This document shows positions 49,283-58,538 of a stretch of DNA of 64,000 bases, piece by piece (position 1 is the stretch's first letter; each line of letters begins with the position of its first letter). A model generated the notes under the pieces. The model searched no databases. It was not told the origin of the DNA and was given only the letters and a program-made list of their open reading frames with translations. The position numbers and the translations under genes were made by a program. Origin of the DNA: a virus; IMG/VR virus record IMGVR_UViG_3300030329_006193, positions 1 to 64,000 of that record. One strand, given 5' to 3'.

Positions 49283-50243
49283 TGATCAAATCTTCCATAT
49301 AAGTTTTTAGCAGTTCGGCCCGGTGGGCCCAGGTGTGCTTAGCATGAAAGTCGTCATGCGCGCGTTGGATAATCTTCTCCGACTCATCCCAGTTGTTAAG
49401 ATAGTAATAAAACTTCTCCAGGAAATCGCTTAAATCATCCTTGAACTCTACACAGTTTACACCATCTTGAAGATCCTTTTTATATTCTTCTTTAATTTCG
49501 CTACATAATAAAAGAGTTTTAGACATTCCAATTTCATAATAACGACCGGTGACTTCTTCGAATGGGGCCGGGGTGGCGAGCCATATGCGACACTGGTGAA
49601 TCTTTCGAGCATATTCGTCATAGCTGGGAATACGCGGAGCTGTGGAGTCCGAACCATTAAGAAAAGTTGTGATTCCTTCTTGTTCTTTCAAAAGCTCCTG
49701 CAGTCGAGAGCGAATATTGACAGTCTTAAAGGCGCCTTCAACATAGAGCTTATTGTCATGCAGGGCGCCGCTGAAGCCCACATCGTACTGTTTTTCTTCT
49801 TGGCGATCATAGAAAACGGCGGCGTCTGCAGCTTGGGGCAGCAGCTTGCACGGGATACCTGTGGCCTCTTGGTATTTTTTAGTAAGAGGGACAGAAGTGA
49901 CAATCTGACTAAACCCATTAGTTTTTAGAAAGTTAAGCTTCTCAGTAAGAAAGTTTTGAGGCTTAAACAAGTAGCCCATTGAGGGGATCCCCACCTTATC
50001 CAGATTGAAGTTCTTTTCAAAGGCCCGCTCTTTGAGGGCAAACCATCCCATCCCAAAATAAATAATATCCGGCTTCTCCGGGCAAAGCCGGAGTGCATCG
50101 AGAATCGATGTCATGTTTTCGTCTCGATAAAGATAGCACTCGGCTAAGGTACTGAATTGATCATATAAGTAATTGTAATGCTGGTATGTTTGACTCTTCG
50201 CCGAATGAACGGCGGGGTCGATGTAGAGTACTTTCACAGCCAT
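49275..50243 (-). CDS. GT-B glycosyltransferase (CgeB/YkvP-like)
   Basis: LPQAADAAVF, YDVGFSG, RYYEIG and HTWAHRAE. Confidence 0.75.
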   Translation of the reverse strand: MAVKVLYIDPAVHSAKSQTYQHYNYLYDQFSTLAECYLYRDENMTSILDALRLCPEKPDIIYFGMGWFALKERAFEKNFNLDKVGIPSMGYLFKPQNFLTEKLNFLKTNGFSQIVTSVPLTKKYQEATGIPCKLLPQAADAAVFYDRQEEKQYDVGFSGALHDNKLYVEGAFKTVNIRSRLQELLKEQEGITTFLNGSDSTAPRIPSYDEYARKIHQCRIWLATPAPFEEVTGRYYEIGMSKTLLLCSEIKEEYKKDLQDGVNCVEFKDDLSDFLEKFYYYLNNWDESEKIIQRAHDDFHAKHTWAHRAELLKTYMEDLING

Positions 50244-50983
50244 TCTCTCAGGCGAGAAAGGTAATCATTGCGAACAAAGATAAGATTATAGGGATAAGCA
50301 ACGAGGGTATAGCCCTTTGCTTCTCCCAGAGCTTTCATGGGAGGAAAACAAGTGCTCCCACCTAGCTCATTATGTGCAATACCCGGTCGTTGGATGATGT
50401 CCAAATCTAAATTATCGGCCTCAATCACCACCACCTTCGGCTTATAACGCTTAAGAGCATCCCACACCTGATAGTCACAACTATCTATATCTATAGACAG
50501 CAAATCCAGGTCTTGGGGCACTTTCACTGAATCGAAGAAATCATCTAACAAGGTCCCCTGCAGAGGATCATAATGAATGAGAGTCTGAAAGGTTTTTACC
50601 TGCGGCCAGGAGCGAGCGTTTTGGCGAAGCGCCGCATAGCGCTCCGGCTCAATTTCTATTAAAACGGCGCTCCAGCCGTGGTCAACAATCAGGTTATATG
50701 TATTGCTGAACTTGATGCCGTCCCAGGCGCCGAACTCACAGCACACTCCTTTGTCAATTCCCAGGCGGTCAAATATTTCTTTAAGGATCCCATATTCTCC
50801 ATGACTTGATGTCCCCTTCTCTAACGCAAAACGATCGAGTCCATAACCACAGTCAATGCTTACGGGATCTATGCGAAAACGACTAAGGCGGGGGCCGCAC
50901 GACGTGCCTATTAATTCATACGCTTCTTCTTTGGATAACACTGGTCTCCCGTTACGCATTTTTTTACCATCCAAAGTGAGCAA
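50234..50983 (-). CDS. FkbM-like methyltransferase
   Basis: EFGAWDGIKFSNT, GWSAVLIE and DLLSIDIDSCDY. Confidence 0.75.
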   Translation of the reverse strand: MLTLDGKKMRNGRPVLSKEEAYELIGTSCGPRLSRFRIDPVSIDCGYGLDRFALEKGTSSHGEYGILKEIFDRLGIDKGVCCEFGAWDGIKFSNTYNLIVDHGWSAVLIEIEPERYAALRQNARSWPQVKTFQTLIHYDPLQGTLLDDFFDSVKVPQDLDLLSIDIDSCDYQVWDALKRYKPKVVVIEADNLDLDIIQRPGIAHNELGGSTCFPPMKALGEAKGYTLVAYPYNLIFVRNDYLSRLREWL

Positions 50984-51626
50984 ACTCTTCGGGAAATTTT
51001 GCTCTCAAGATATCAGCTAATTCGGGAGTGTAATATTCGTCTTTCTTGCTGCGGTCATAGTTCCCTGCGTTAACGTGAATCTGGGTATTTTCTACTCCCA
51101 GATGCTCACTAACTTTATTAAGGTCTTCGGTGTAGGTATTAAAGTGACCAATGAAATCAAAGAGGGGTTCACCGTCAATGTGAGTCAAATAATACTGGTC
51201 GATAAAACGATGGTACTGTACACGTTTGACTCTAGTATCAACGCACCGAACATGGTTGCGAATAAAATCCTCAAAACTCACCGAGGAATCTAGGGACCAC
51301 GGACCATTCAGCTGTCGATCATAATTATATAAGGATATAAGCAGATCAAACTTATTGCGAACAAACGTAAACTTATAATATTCGTCCCAGTGGGCAGCTA
51401 CATCGCGAAAATATGCTAACTTAGTTTCATAACTGTTGCGCTTATCCGACAACACATAATCATCGAACTCATTATTTTGCAGTAAGCGTACAATAGAGGA
51501 TCCTCCCGTTTTAGGTAAATGCAAATAAAGGGTCTTTTTTTCCTTCGACACCACCATCGGCGTCATCAGTTCCATACCGGCCTCGTCGCGGGCAGCAAAT
51601 CTTTGTACAATTTTTTCACTATTCAT
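50964..51626 (-). CDS. carbohydrate sulfotransferase (Sulfotransfer_2 family)
   Basis: YLHLPKTGGSS and FTFVRNKFDLLIS (variant 3'-PB). Confidence 0.8.
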   Translation of the reverse strand: MNSEKIVQRFAARDEAGMELMTPMVVSKEKKTLYLHLPKTGGSSIVRLLQNNEFDDYVLSDKRNSYETKLAYFRDVAAHWDEYYKFTFVRNKFDLLISLYNYDRQLNGPWSLDSSVSFEDFIRNHVRCVDTRVKRVQYHRFIDQYYLTHIDGEPLFDFIGHFNTYTEDLNKVSEHLGVENTQIHVNAGNYDRSKKDEYYTPELADILRAKFPEEFAHFGW

Positions 51627-51630
51627 CTTC

Positions 51631-52527
51631 TTATTTCCTTATATCTTTAATACTGGGGGCGTAATCTTCAATATCGCGGAGGGCGCCCTGGTCATGGTAT
51701 CCCTCATCAACGGTCTTAAAATCATATACAGTATAGCCGTAATGAATGAGAAAAAACAAGCTATTCAGAATGTGATCCCCCCACCGATACTTATAAATAC
51801 CTCCGGAGGCATTAAGGGCTGCATTCCACTGCTCCCATTCCGGAGTACGAAAAAGTTCCGTTTTAAATACATAAGAATCGGCATAAGTAAATTGATGAAA
51901 ATGGGTCTCCGCGTCCGGGTCGACTAAAAGGTCCTGCATAAACTGAGCCTTGGGGGTAATATGGTAAGTAGTCATGTAGGTTTTTAAAAATTCCCATAAG
52001 CCCACGCGGCAATCAAAGTTTCCCTGCTTCGGGGGCTTATCTTTAGCGTGGGTAACCTTGAGTGCCCCCGCCATCTCATGGCGCGACTGAATAATTTCAA
52101 AAAAATCATAAGGCACCTCCTTAGTAAAGAGAGCCTCATCATCAATGCTCATAATGTAGTCATGATTGTGGAGATCGGTACCAGGGTAACCATAAAGATT
52201 GTTGAAATAATGACACATATGCAGATACCCTTTACGGGCTATTGAAAAACGGGTACGAACATACCACAGGTCGCGGCGGTTATAGAATAGCTCTTCTTCG
52301 GGGATCCCCGGGGGAGTTTGATAGTTAATGGGGCGAAAATGGATGTTTTCACTTATATTTCTCCATAAAAGCTCTCTATAAGCCTCGGAGTCGTAGATGT
52401 CATCAAAATAGTGCACGTAAACCGGGTATTCATACCGATGATTCCACTTTTTCCAGAGGGAATCTAGGCAGATAGGAAGACATCGCTTGCGCGACGAAAG
52501 GATGTTGATACACCCATTGAGACTCAC
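51631..52527 (-). CDS. GT15 (KRE2/MNT1-like alpha-1,2-mannosyltransferase family) glycosyltransferase
   Basis: WNHRYEYP, GYLHMCHYF, DYIMSIDDE and GGIYKYRWGD match GT15 motifs. Confidence 0.75.
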   Translation of the reverse strand: MSLNGCINILSSRKRCLPICLDSLWKKWNHRYEYPVYVHYFDDIYDSEAYRELLWRNISENIHFRPINYQTPPGIPEEELFYNRRDLWYVRTRFSIARKGYLHMCHYFNNLYGYPGTDLHNHDYIMSIDDEALFTKEVPYDFFEIIQSRHEMAGALKVTHAKDKPPKQGNFDCRVGLWEFLKTYMTTYHITPKAQFMQDLLVDPDAETHFHQFTYADSYVFKTELFRTPEWEQWNAALNASGGIYKYRWGDHILNSLFFLIHYGYTVYDFKTVDEGYHDQGALRDIEDYAPSIKDIRK

Positions 52528-53474
52528 TTCATGACTCCCAAACTATCTAAATCATACTTGCTTACCCATTGGATGTACTTTTCGAGGCCTGCACGAAGCG
52601 AGAAAGCATTAACATGCCCATAATCCTTAATCTTGTCCACATTACTCAGTAATTTCTTGACCTCGCCCGGTCGGGGATCCATATGGACAACTGTAGACTT
52701 AGAGTTGGAAATATCGATAATTTCCTGTGCAATGTCGTTAATCGTATGATCTTCTCCAAACCCTGTATTTACAATCTCTCCTGATGGAATCGTCTGCGCT
52801 ACGATGTAACCATTGACCGCATCCTCAATATACTGATAGTCTCGGGTCTGATCTCCGTCGCCGTACACCACCAGGGGCTTTCCATCTAGGGCGCGCCGGA
52901 CAAAAATCGCAATCACGGACCCATAGCCCGAAGACTTTTGTCGGGGGCCAAAGGTATTAAAGTTTCGGACAACACGGACGTCGGTGCCATAAGTGTGATG
53001 ATAAGATACGCATAACGATTCGGCCGCAACCTTAGAGGCCGCGTAAGGGGACTGCGGGTTCACGGGAGATCTTTCGGTATGTTCTCCCGGGGATTCCCCG
53101 TAGACCTCGGCAGACGAAGCCATAGTCATGGAGAGCTTACGATTCTGAGTACACAAATCTAACAGATTTTTAGTCCCTTGCAGGTTAATCTCTAGTGTTT
53201 CGTCGGGGCGAATAATAGATTTCTCCACGTGAATCTGAGCTGCTAGGTGGAAGATGTGATCGCAATCAGCGGTCAACTCCTTGAGTCGTGCGATGTTTAG
53301 GATACTATCTTCTACAAAATAAAAGCTTTTGTTATTGAATAGGCCTCGAATATTATTAAGATTGCCATTATAAAAGTTGTCTAAACACACAACTTCATGG
53401 CCATCTTTTATAAGGCGTTCACACAGGTGAGAGCCAATAAACCCGGCTCCTCCGGTTACAAGATATTTACGCAT
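52524..53474 (-). CDS. NAD-dependent nucleotide-sugar dehydratase/epimerase
   Basis: VTGGAGFIGSHL, HLAAQIHVEKS, SSAEVYG, PQSPYAASK and GDGDQTRD. Confidence 0.9.
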   Translation of the reverse strand: MRKYLVTGGAGFIGSHLCERLIKDGHEVVCLDNFYNGNLNNIRGLFNNKSFYFVEDSILNIARLKELTADCDHIFHLAAQIHVEKSIIRPDETLEINLQGTKNLLDLCTQNRKLSMTMASSAEVYGESPGEHTERSPVNPQSPYAASKVAAESLCVSYHHTYGTDVRVVRNFNTFGPRQKSSGYGSVIAIFVRRALDGKPLVVYGDGDQTRDYQYIEDAVNGYIVAQTIPSGEIVNTGFGEDHTINDIAQEIIDISNSKSTVVHMDPRPGEVKKLLSNVDKIKDYGHVNAFSLRAGLEKYIQWVSKYDLDSLGVMK

Positions 53475-54279
53475 TTTTTGATATTCTCCTTACAGTACGT
53501 GCCGCCTCTTCAGCGACGGGGCAGTTGCCAGTAATCCCGCGGGCGATATAGGCTGGCTGCTCATACACCACTTTGGGATAATGACCTAGCTCGGGGCCAC
53601 GGAGGCCGAGTTCGGCTTCAATTCCAGCCATATGGAGCTTCATTTGTTCCAGGGCCATTAAGCACAATGGCTCAGCTAGGCGAAAGTTGAATCCCACATT
53701 AACGTGATTATATTTGCCGTCCTGACCTTGGTTGCACACCGAGCGAACCTTGGATCCATCTAATTTCGACCCATGGGGAACGCAAATCATTCCTCCCTCA
53801 AAGGTAGAAATATTCTTAGTTTTATAAAAACTAAAAGTTCCCGCATCCGACATCATTCCCGCATGGCGTCCATCGGCGGCGGTGGCCCCGAAAGCTTGGG
53901 CCGTATCCTCGATAACTACTAGATTATGCTTTTGAGCTATCTCGCAAATTTTTACCATGTCGCAGACTCGCCCATATAAATGAACGGGAATAATGGCCTT
54001 AGTTTTTTCGGTAATCGCTGCCTCGATTTTAGTCGGATCAATAAGATAAGTATCCGGATCAATATCTACAAAAACAGGCTTAGCCCCTGCAATGATGATA
54101 GCATTAGAAGTGGCTATAAAAGTAAAGGGAGTGGTAATGATTTCATCTCCGGGTTGGAGGTCCATGGCCCACAGCGGTGCTATAAGTGCAGACGTCCCGT
54201 TATTGACAGCAATACACTCCGCGAGATTAAACCTATCTCTCACATAATCTTCAAAAATTTCTCTCACAATAGCAGGCAT
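53467..54279 (-). CDS. DegT/DnrJ/EryC1/StrS PLP aminotransferase (unusually short)
   Basis: NNGTSAL, PGDEIITTPFTFIAT, IIPVHLYG, IEDTAQAFG and SFYKTKNISTFEGG. Confidence 0.88.
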   Translation of the reverse strand: MPAIVREIFEDYVRDRFNLAECIAVNNGTSALIAPLWAMDLQPGDEIITTPFTFIATSNAIIIAGAKPVFVDIDPDTYLIDPTKIEAAITEKTKAIIPVHLYGRVCDMVKICEIAQKHNLVVIEDTAQAFGATAADGRHAGMMSDAGTFSFYKTKNISTFEGGMICVPHGSKLDGSKVRSVCNQGQDGKYNHVNVGFNFRLAEPLCLMALEQMKLHMAGIEAELGLRGPELGHYPKVVYEQPAYIARGITGNCPVAEEAARTVRRISKNA

Positions 54280-54981
54280 TTATTTTACCTCCACCATGTC
54301 AAGGTCGCCGAGGAATCGCCTAAGGGTCTCCAAATGAAAGGAAGACGAGGAAGTTAGCAGAGGGCTAGCCCCGGGCACAGTCACTCCCACATATCCCATC
54401 TCTGCAAGGAACTCATCTACTGCGGCGCGGACCCCAGTTGGACCCTCGCGCTCGGTGCGCGGAGTGGCTAAAGTATTATTTTCATACCCTTCTAGGTCAG
54501 CATAATAGGTATCAGTCATTGCGTGGCGATTATTATAATCATCGAATAGGATGATCGTTTCTTCATGAATTGTCGATTTAAGCAGCTCACACTCGGTCTT
54601 AACGGTTTCATAATTATGATCCCCATCAATCATAATGATATCAAGTAGTCCGAGGTGACTCTGTTGGGTGGCTTCAAGATTTTGGGCTCGGTGTTCTAAA
54701 TAGCTTAGACTATTGGCTTCGATGAGGCGTAAATTCTCTAGTCCCAGAATGCTGTTGTGCAATTCTCGAACGCCCTCTCTGATTTTTATATCAATGGCTT
54801 CGTAGACATACGGAACCCCTAAAAGTTGTAAGTTGACGGCGTACGGAATAGTACTTAAACCGTCCATTATCCCCACTTCTAACACACGTAGATAGGGCTC
54901 CTTTTCTCCGGACGCTCGGCGCTGGGCGACCGAATTCGCTCCTAACTCGGATAACAATGGAATAAATCCTCGATAAGACAT
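54280..54981 (-). CDS. class I SAM methyltransferase (Methyltransf_24-like)
   Basis: VLEVGIMDGLS, DIIMIDGDHNYETV, ILFDDY and GVRAAVDEF. Confidence 0.8.
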   Translation of the reverse strand: MSYRGFIPLLSELGANSVAQRRASGEKEPYLRVLEVGIMDGLSTIPYAVNLQLLGVPYVYEAIDIKIREGVRELHNSILGLENLRLIEANSLSYLEHRAQNLEATQQSHLGLLDIIMIDGDHNYETVKTECELLKSTIHEETIILFDDYNNRHAMTDTYYADLEGYENNTLATPRTEREGPTGVRAAVDEFLAEMGYVGVTVPGASPLLTSSSSFHLETLRRFLGDLDMVEVK

Positions 54982-54984
54982 AAC

Positions 54985-55692
54985 TTAAAACCTCCTGCAG
55001 TGTTTGTCGATCATGACAGCTTGTTCCATAGCCTGTTGATCCTTCATCTCGCGAGTAAGACCATTATCGCCTTCAAACTCCCGGTGGTGATACATCATAG
55101 CCTCAGGATTAAACTGATACTTGTATCCTAAATAAGCAAGCCGGGCGATGAATTCCTGTCCACACCCTCCATACCCGCGGAAGCGCTCTGAAAACATTCC
55201 GCAGCCTACCCAGTCATGACGATACATGCACGCGTTATTTTCTACAATTCTTTCCGTAATGGTATGAGGCTTACGAATCCCGTACTTGAGTAACGTCCTC
55301 TTCATCTTAGCATGGAGAGAGTCTTTAGGATCATGAGAATTTCGATAACCCCCTGTTAGAACACCCTGGGTGACTGATGCTTTATGTGCCGCCACAAAAC
55401 CGGGTGCAGGGAATGAATCGTCATCTAAGATCACCACAATTGGTCGGGTCGTCTCCACAATTCCCATATTACGAGCTTTAGCTAGACAATAAGTGTCATG
55501 CTCCAAAGTATCGACGGCCTTGATGGAGAAAGGAGCCTGATAGTTGGCAAGCATCTCAGGCGTATCGTCTGTGCCTCCATCTATCGCCACCACTACTTCA
55601 AAATCCATATCTGTCTGTTTCATAAAACAATCCAGATTTTGCTTTAAAACCGCTGAGCGATTATACGTGGTGATAACAACCGATAATGACAT
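54985..55692 (-). CDS. GT2 glycosyltransferase
   Basis: SVVITTYNR, FEVVVAIDGGTD, AKARNMG and ILDDD. Confidence 0.88.
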   Translation of the reverse strand: MSLSVVITTYNRSAVLKQNLDCFMKQTDMDFEVVVAIDGGTDDTPEMLANYQAPFSIKAVDTLEHDTYCLAKARNMGIVETTRPIVVILDDDSFPAPGFVAAHKASVTQGVLTGGYRNSHDPKDSLHAKMKRTLLKYGIRKPHTITERIVENNACMYRHDWVGCGMFSERFRGYGGCGQEFIARLAYLGYKYQFNPEAMMYHHREFEGDNGLTREMKDQQAMEQAVMIDKHCRRF

Positions 55693-56408
55693 TACAGATA
55701 CCTCTTACAGAACGCTGCGGCGTGGGGGAGCTTGAGACGCTGTTCTATTGTAACAGCATAATAGTCCGATTTTAAATGATAGATGCGAGAAGAAAGGTCA
55801 GGGAAAACCGCCGAAACAATCTGTTCGGGTGCTTCTTGTACCCTATAAGCGGGATTTTCTCCGATAGTTTTCGTAAGTGCTGGACTTTCGCAGTGCTTAA
55901 GGTCGGTATGAGCTTGTAAATAGGAGATGTTATTAATCCAGGCCCCTAAAAACGCCTTAGCCTTCTCCACATTCATCGCTCCAAAAAAGGAACCAATATG
56001 CTTTGAGAAGCCTTGACGGTCACGTGTACAAGCTATAATGTCCGCATTAAAATCAAGCACATCCTCAAAAGTAGAAGCAAAAATACAATCTGAATCAATC
56101 ATAAGAGTGGGCAGTCCCGTCTTCTCCAAGGTGTCCAGCAAATACGCAGTCTTGGAATAAGTATTCGCTGCCCAGCCTTCATCATGAATGGCGGCGGACT
56201 TAAAGTCAGATCCTGTCTTTACCACCTGGACTTTGGGAAAGTAGTTAAAATAAGTCACCGTCTCAGGACTTAGGCCGGTGTCATATATATAAATAGCGGA
56301 CACATTACGGAGGTTGACGTTTTCAAAAAGAGAATTAATAAAGAGTTTTCCAAAGGCCGCGTAACCCTCATTGATAACGGTTAAGATATTGTACTTCATA
56401 AAAGCCAC
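55692..56408 (-). CDS. GT-A fold nucleotide-diphospho-sugar transferase
   Basis: YIYDTGLS, SKTAYL and LMIDSDCIF (DxD). Confidence 0.7.
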   Translation of the reverse strand: MAFMKYNILTVINEGYAAFGKLFINSLFENVNLRNVSAIYIYDTGLSPETVTYFNYFPKVQVVKTGSDFKSAAIHDEGWAANTYSKTAYLLDTLEKTGLPTLMIDSDCIFASTFEDVLDFNADIIACTRDRQGFSKHIGSFFGAMNVEKAKAFLGAWINNISYLQAHTDLKHCESPALTKTIGENPAYRVQEAPEQIVSAVFPDLSSRIYHLKSDYYAVTIEQRLKLPHAAAFCKRYL

Positions 56409-57244
56409 TTCTCCAGCTTAAGACATGCCTCATCCCGCATCGTGCGTACGGCAGCTATCAGTTCGTCGCCGTTTAAAGGAAACCAATCTTCGTGGGCGAC
56501 CCCAATTACTTCTTTCTGGGACAAGAACTTACAGTTAAGCATCTTAGCTTCAACCGCGACTCTCGGAGTGGGCTCCGGGTGTCCGGTCTGGAACACCAAT
56601 CCTTTGTATTGGGTGAGCACCCTCAAGAAGTCATGATGATTCGGGGCCTGAATAAGATCATATGGCAAATTTGCTTTCTCGCAAAAAGCTACTGTTTGTC
56701 GCGTTTTCTTAATGGGATTACTCGATTGAATCACAGCGTACTTCTCGTTCTTTGGGGTATTATTAAGGCTCTGAATTAAATTCAGATCAGTATCACTCCA
56801 CATGCTACAATTAATGTTTTGCAGATTGGGCAGAGTAAGGTTCTTGGCAAAAATGGATCTATGCATTTTGCTTAAACACACGACCGCAGCTGCGTTTTGG
56901 TAAAAAGTAAAATTATATTGATAAGTCTCGTCGGGAGCTAAAAACTCGGGGTATACGATAGGGTTCCTATTCTTCAAGAACTTATAGTCGTGTTCGTAAA
57001 TCAAGTAGCGACAATGTTTAGCTAACAGAGCCTTGCACACATTTTTGAGCGCCACAAAGTTACTTATGAACCACTTCTTGTCAGTGTTTTGGAGAATATA
57101 CTCAGGCGTGAGGCTGTAGGTATTGACCTTCGCGTACAATAACCCTTTAGATTCAAAATGTTGCGCTACAACATCATCATGTAGTTCGGCTCCCCCGAGG
57201 TGCTGAGACGCGAAGAAATCCTGGAGAAATATTACCTGGGTCAT
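56396..57244 (-). CDS. GT-B-like glycosyltransferase
   Basis: GGAELHD, YEHDY, VVCLSKMH and EPTPRVAVEAKMLNC (EX7E). Confidence 0.65.
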   Translation of the reverse strand: MTQVIFLQDFFASQHLGGAELHDDVVAQHFESKGLLYAKVNTYSLTPEYILQNTDKKWFISNFVALKNVCKALLAKHCRYLIYEHDYKFLKNRNPIVYPEFLAPDETYQYNFTFYQNAAAVVCLSKMHRSIFAKNLTLPNLQNINCSMWSDTDLNLIQSLNNTPKNEKYAVIQSSNPIKKTRQTVAFCEKANLPYDLIQAPNHHDFLRVLTQYKGLVFQTGHPEPTPRVAVEAKMLNCKFLSQKEVIGVAHEDWFPLNGDELIAAVRTMRDEACLKLEKWLL

Positions 57245-57252
57245 ACATCCTG

Positions 57253-58536
57253 CTAGAGTTCCGAGATCTCTTCAATCTTTTTAAGCCACTCTGCCACATC
57301 CTCATCTGGATCCTCATGAAGGATTGAAACAAACTTTTCATACAAATCCTCCGGCTGGAACTTCTCTCGAATTTCCTTGGCTAGAATCTTGGCACGAGAG
57401 CGATAATGATCCTGCTTTTCGATCGCCTCACGCAGACCTCTCTTGTAAGAAGATTCGCGCGCGAACGCCCACATGCTATCCGCCTGAATGACACCATCCC
57501 ACACGGCTGCCTTCTGCACTTGGCCTAGGCTAAAATCTACCGGAATAATATATGGGACTGCCTTCCCCTTCTTGTTGGTTTTGCAGATAAAGTCTAATTG
57601 ACCACTCCATGGAACCGTAATCAAGGGTACTTCATTCAGGGCGGCCTCATAGAGTGGGAGGCCCCACCCTTCTCCATGGGAAATATTAATATAAGCTTGG
57701 ACGGTAGGATGCTGATAGAGCCACGCAAGATTCCCTTCCGAGATCTCTCCATGGAGCAGATAAATCTTACACTTCCGCTCTTCCACCCCCCACGATGCAG
57801 CTTCGCCTAAGAGGGCCTCCAAGCGCCGGGTGGTATAGGCGCGGTCCATGATACTATCGCACACTGAGTTAGTCTTTAAAATGAGGCCAACATCTGGGTC
57901 ATCTTTGAATTCCTCGATAAACCATCGAATGGTATTATCCAGATTCTTGCGGGTTCCCCACTGAGATACGGCCAAAAAGTTCTTAGAAGTACTGAATTCA
58001 ATATCTAGTGCCTCGGGCGCCGCTTCGCGGATAGGATAGCCCACCACCTCGATAGGCTTATTAACCTTCCATCCCTTCACCATCTCGCCCGTCTTCGCGT
58101 TTTGAACTTCATAAGCGGTCTCTTCGAAACCCTTTTTAGAATGCTCCGAGATTGTAATCAATTTATCGACCACTTCATTAGTTTTCTCTATCCATGCAGG
58201 AGCAATCTTAGTAGTTTCAATTCCGGCAGTGTATCCTACATTGAAATGCGCCATGGGCTCAAACTCATTAGGTACCGTAACTTGCAAAGATATATCATAA
58301 GCGACATTTCCCTGATTAGCATGTATGTGGTGTTGGGTTTTGGTCATCGTCTCCAAAATCCATTTTACTAGCTCCGTATTGGCTGCTACGTGGCCGGTTC
58401 CGCCCCATGGGATATTAATAATATGAATATCAAATACATCGGGGCGGCTGCGGAGAGCTTCGAGAGCAAATCGTGTCTGCTCACCATAGCCGGACCGGGA
58501 GAGGGCCGGGCCCTTAACAATTATCGTTTTCATCAT
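57253..58536 (-). CDS. GT4 glycosyltransferase
   Basis: SGYG, RKNLD and SHGEGWGLPLYEAA (EX7E). Confidence 0.85.
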   Translation of the reverse strand: MMKTIIVKGPALSRSGYGEQTRFALEALRSRPDVFDIHIINIPWGGTGHVAANTELVKWILETMTKTQHHIHANQGNVAYDISLQVTVPNEFEPMAHFNVGYTAGIETTKIAPAWIEKTNEVVDKLITISEHSKKGFEETAYEVQNAKTGEMVKGWKVNKPIEVVGYPIREAAPEALDIEFSTSKNFLAVSQWGTRKNLDNTIRWFIEEFKDDPDVGLILKTNSVCDSIMDRAYTTRRLEALLGEAASWGVEERKCKIYLLHGEISEGNLAWLYQHPTVQAYINISHGEGWGLPLYEAALNEVPLITVPWSGQLDFICKTNKKGKAVPYIIPVDFSLGQVQKAAVWDGVIQADSMWAFARESSYKRGLREAIEKQDHYRSRAKILAKEIREKFQPEDLYEKFVSILHEDPDEDVAEWLKKIEEISEL

Positions 58537-58538
58537 TT

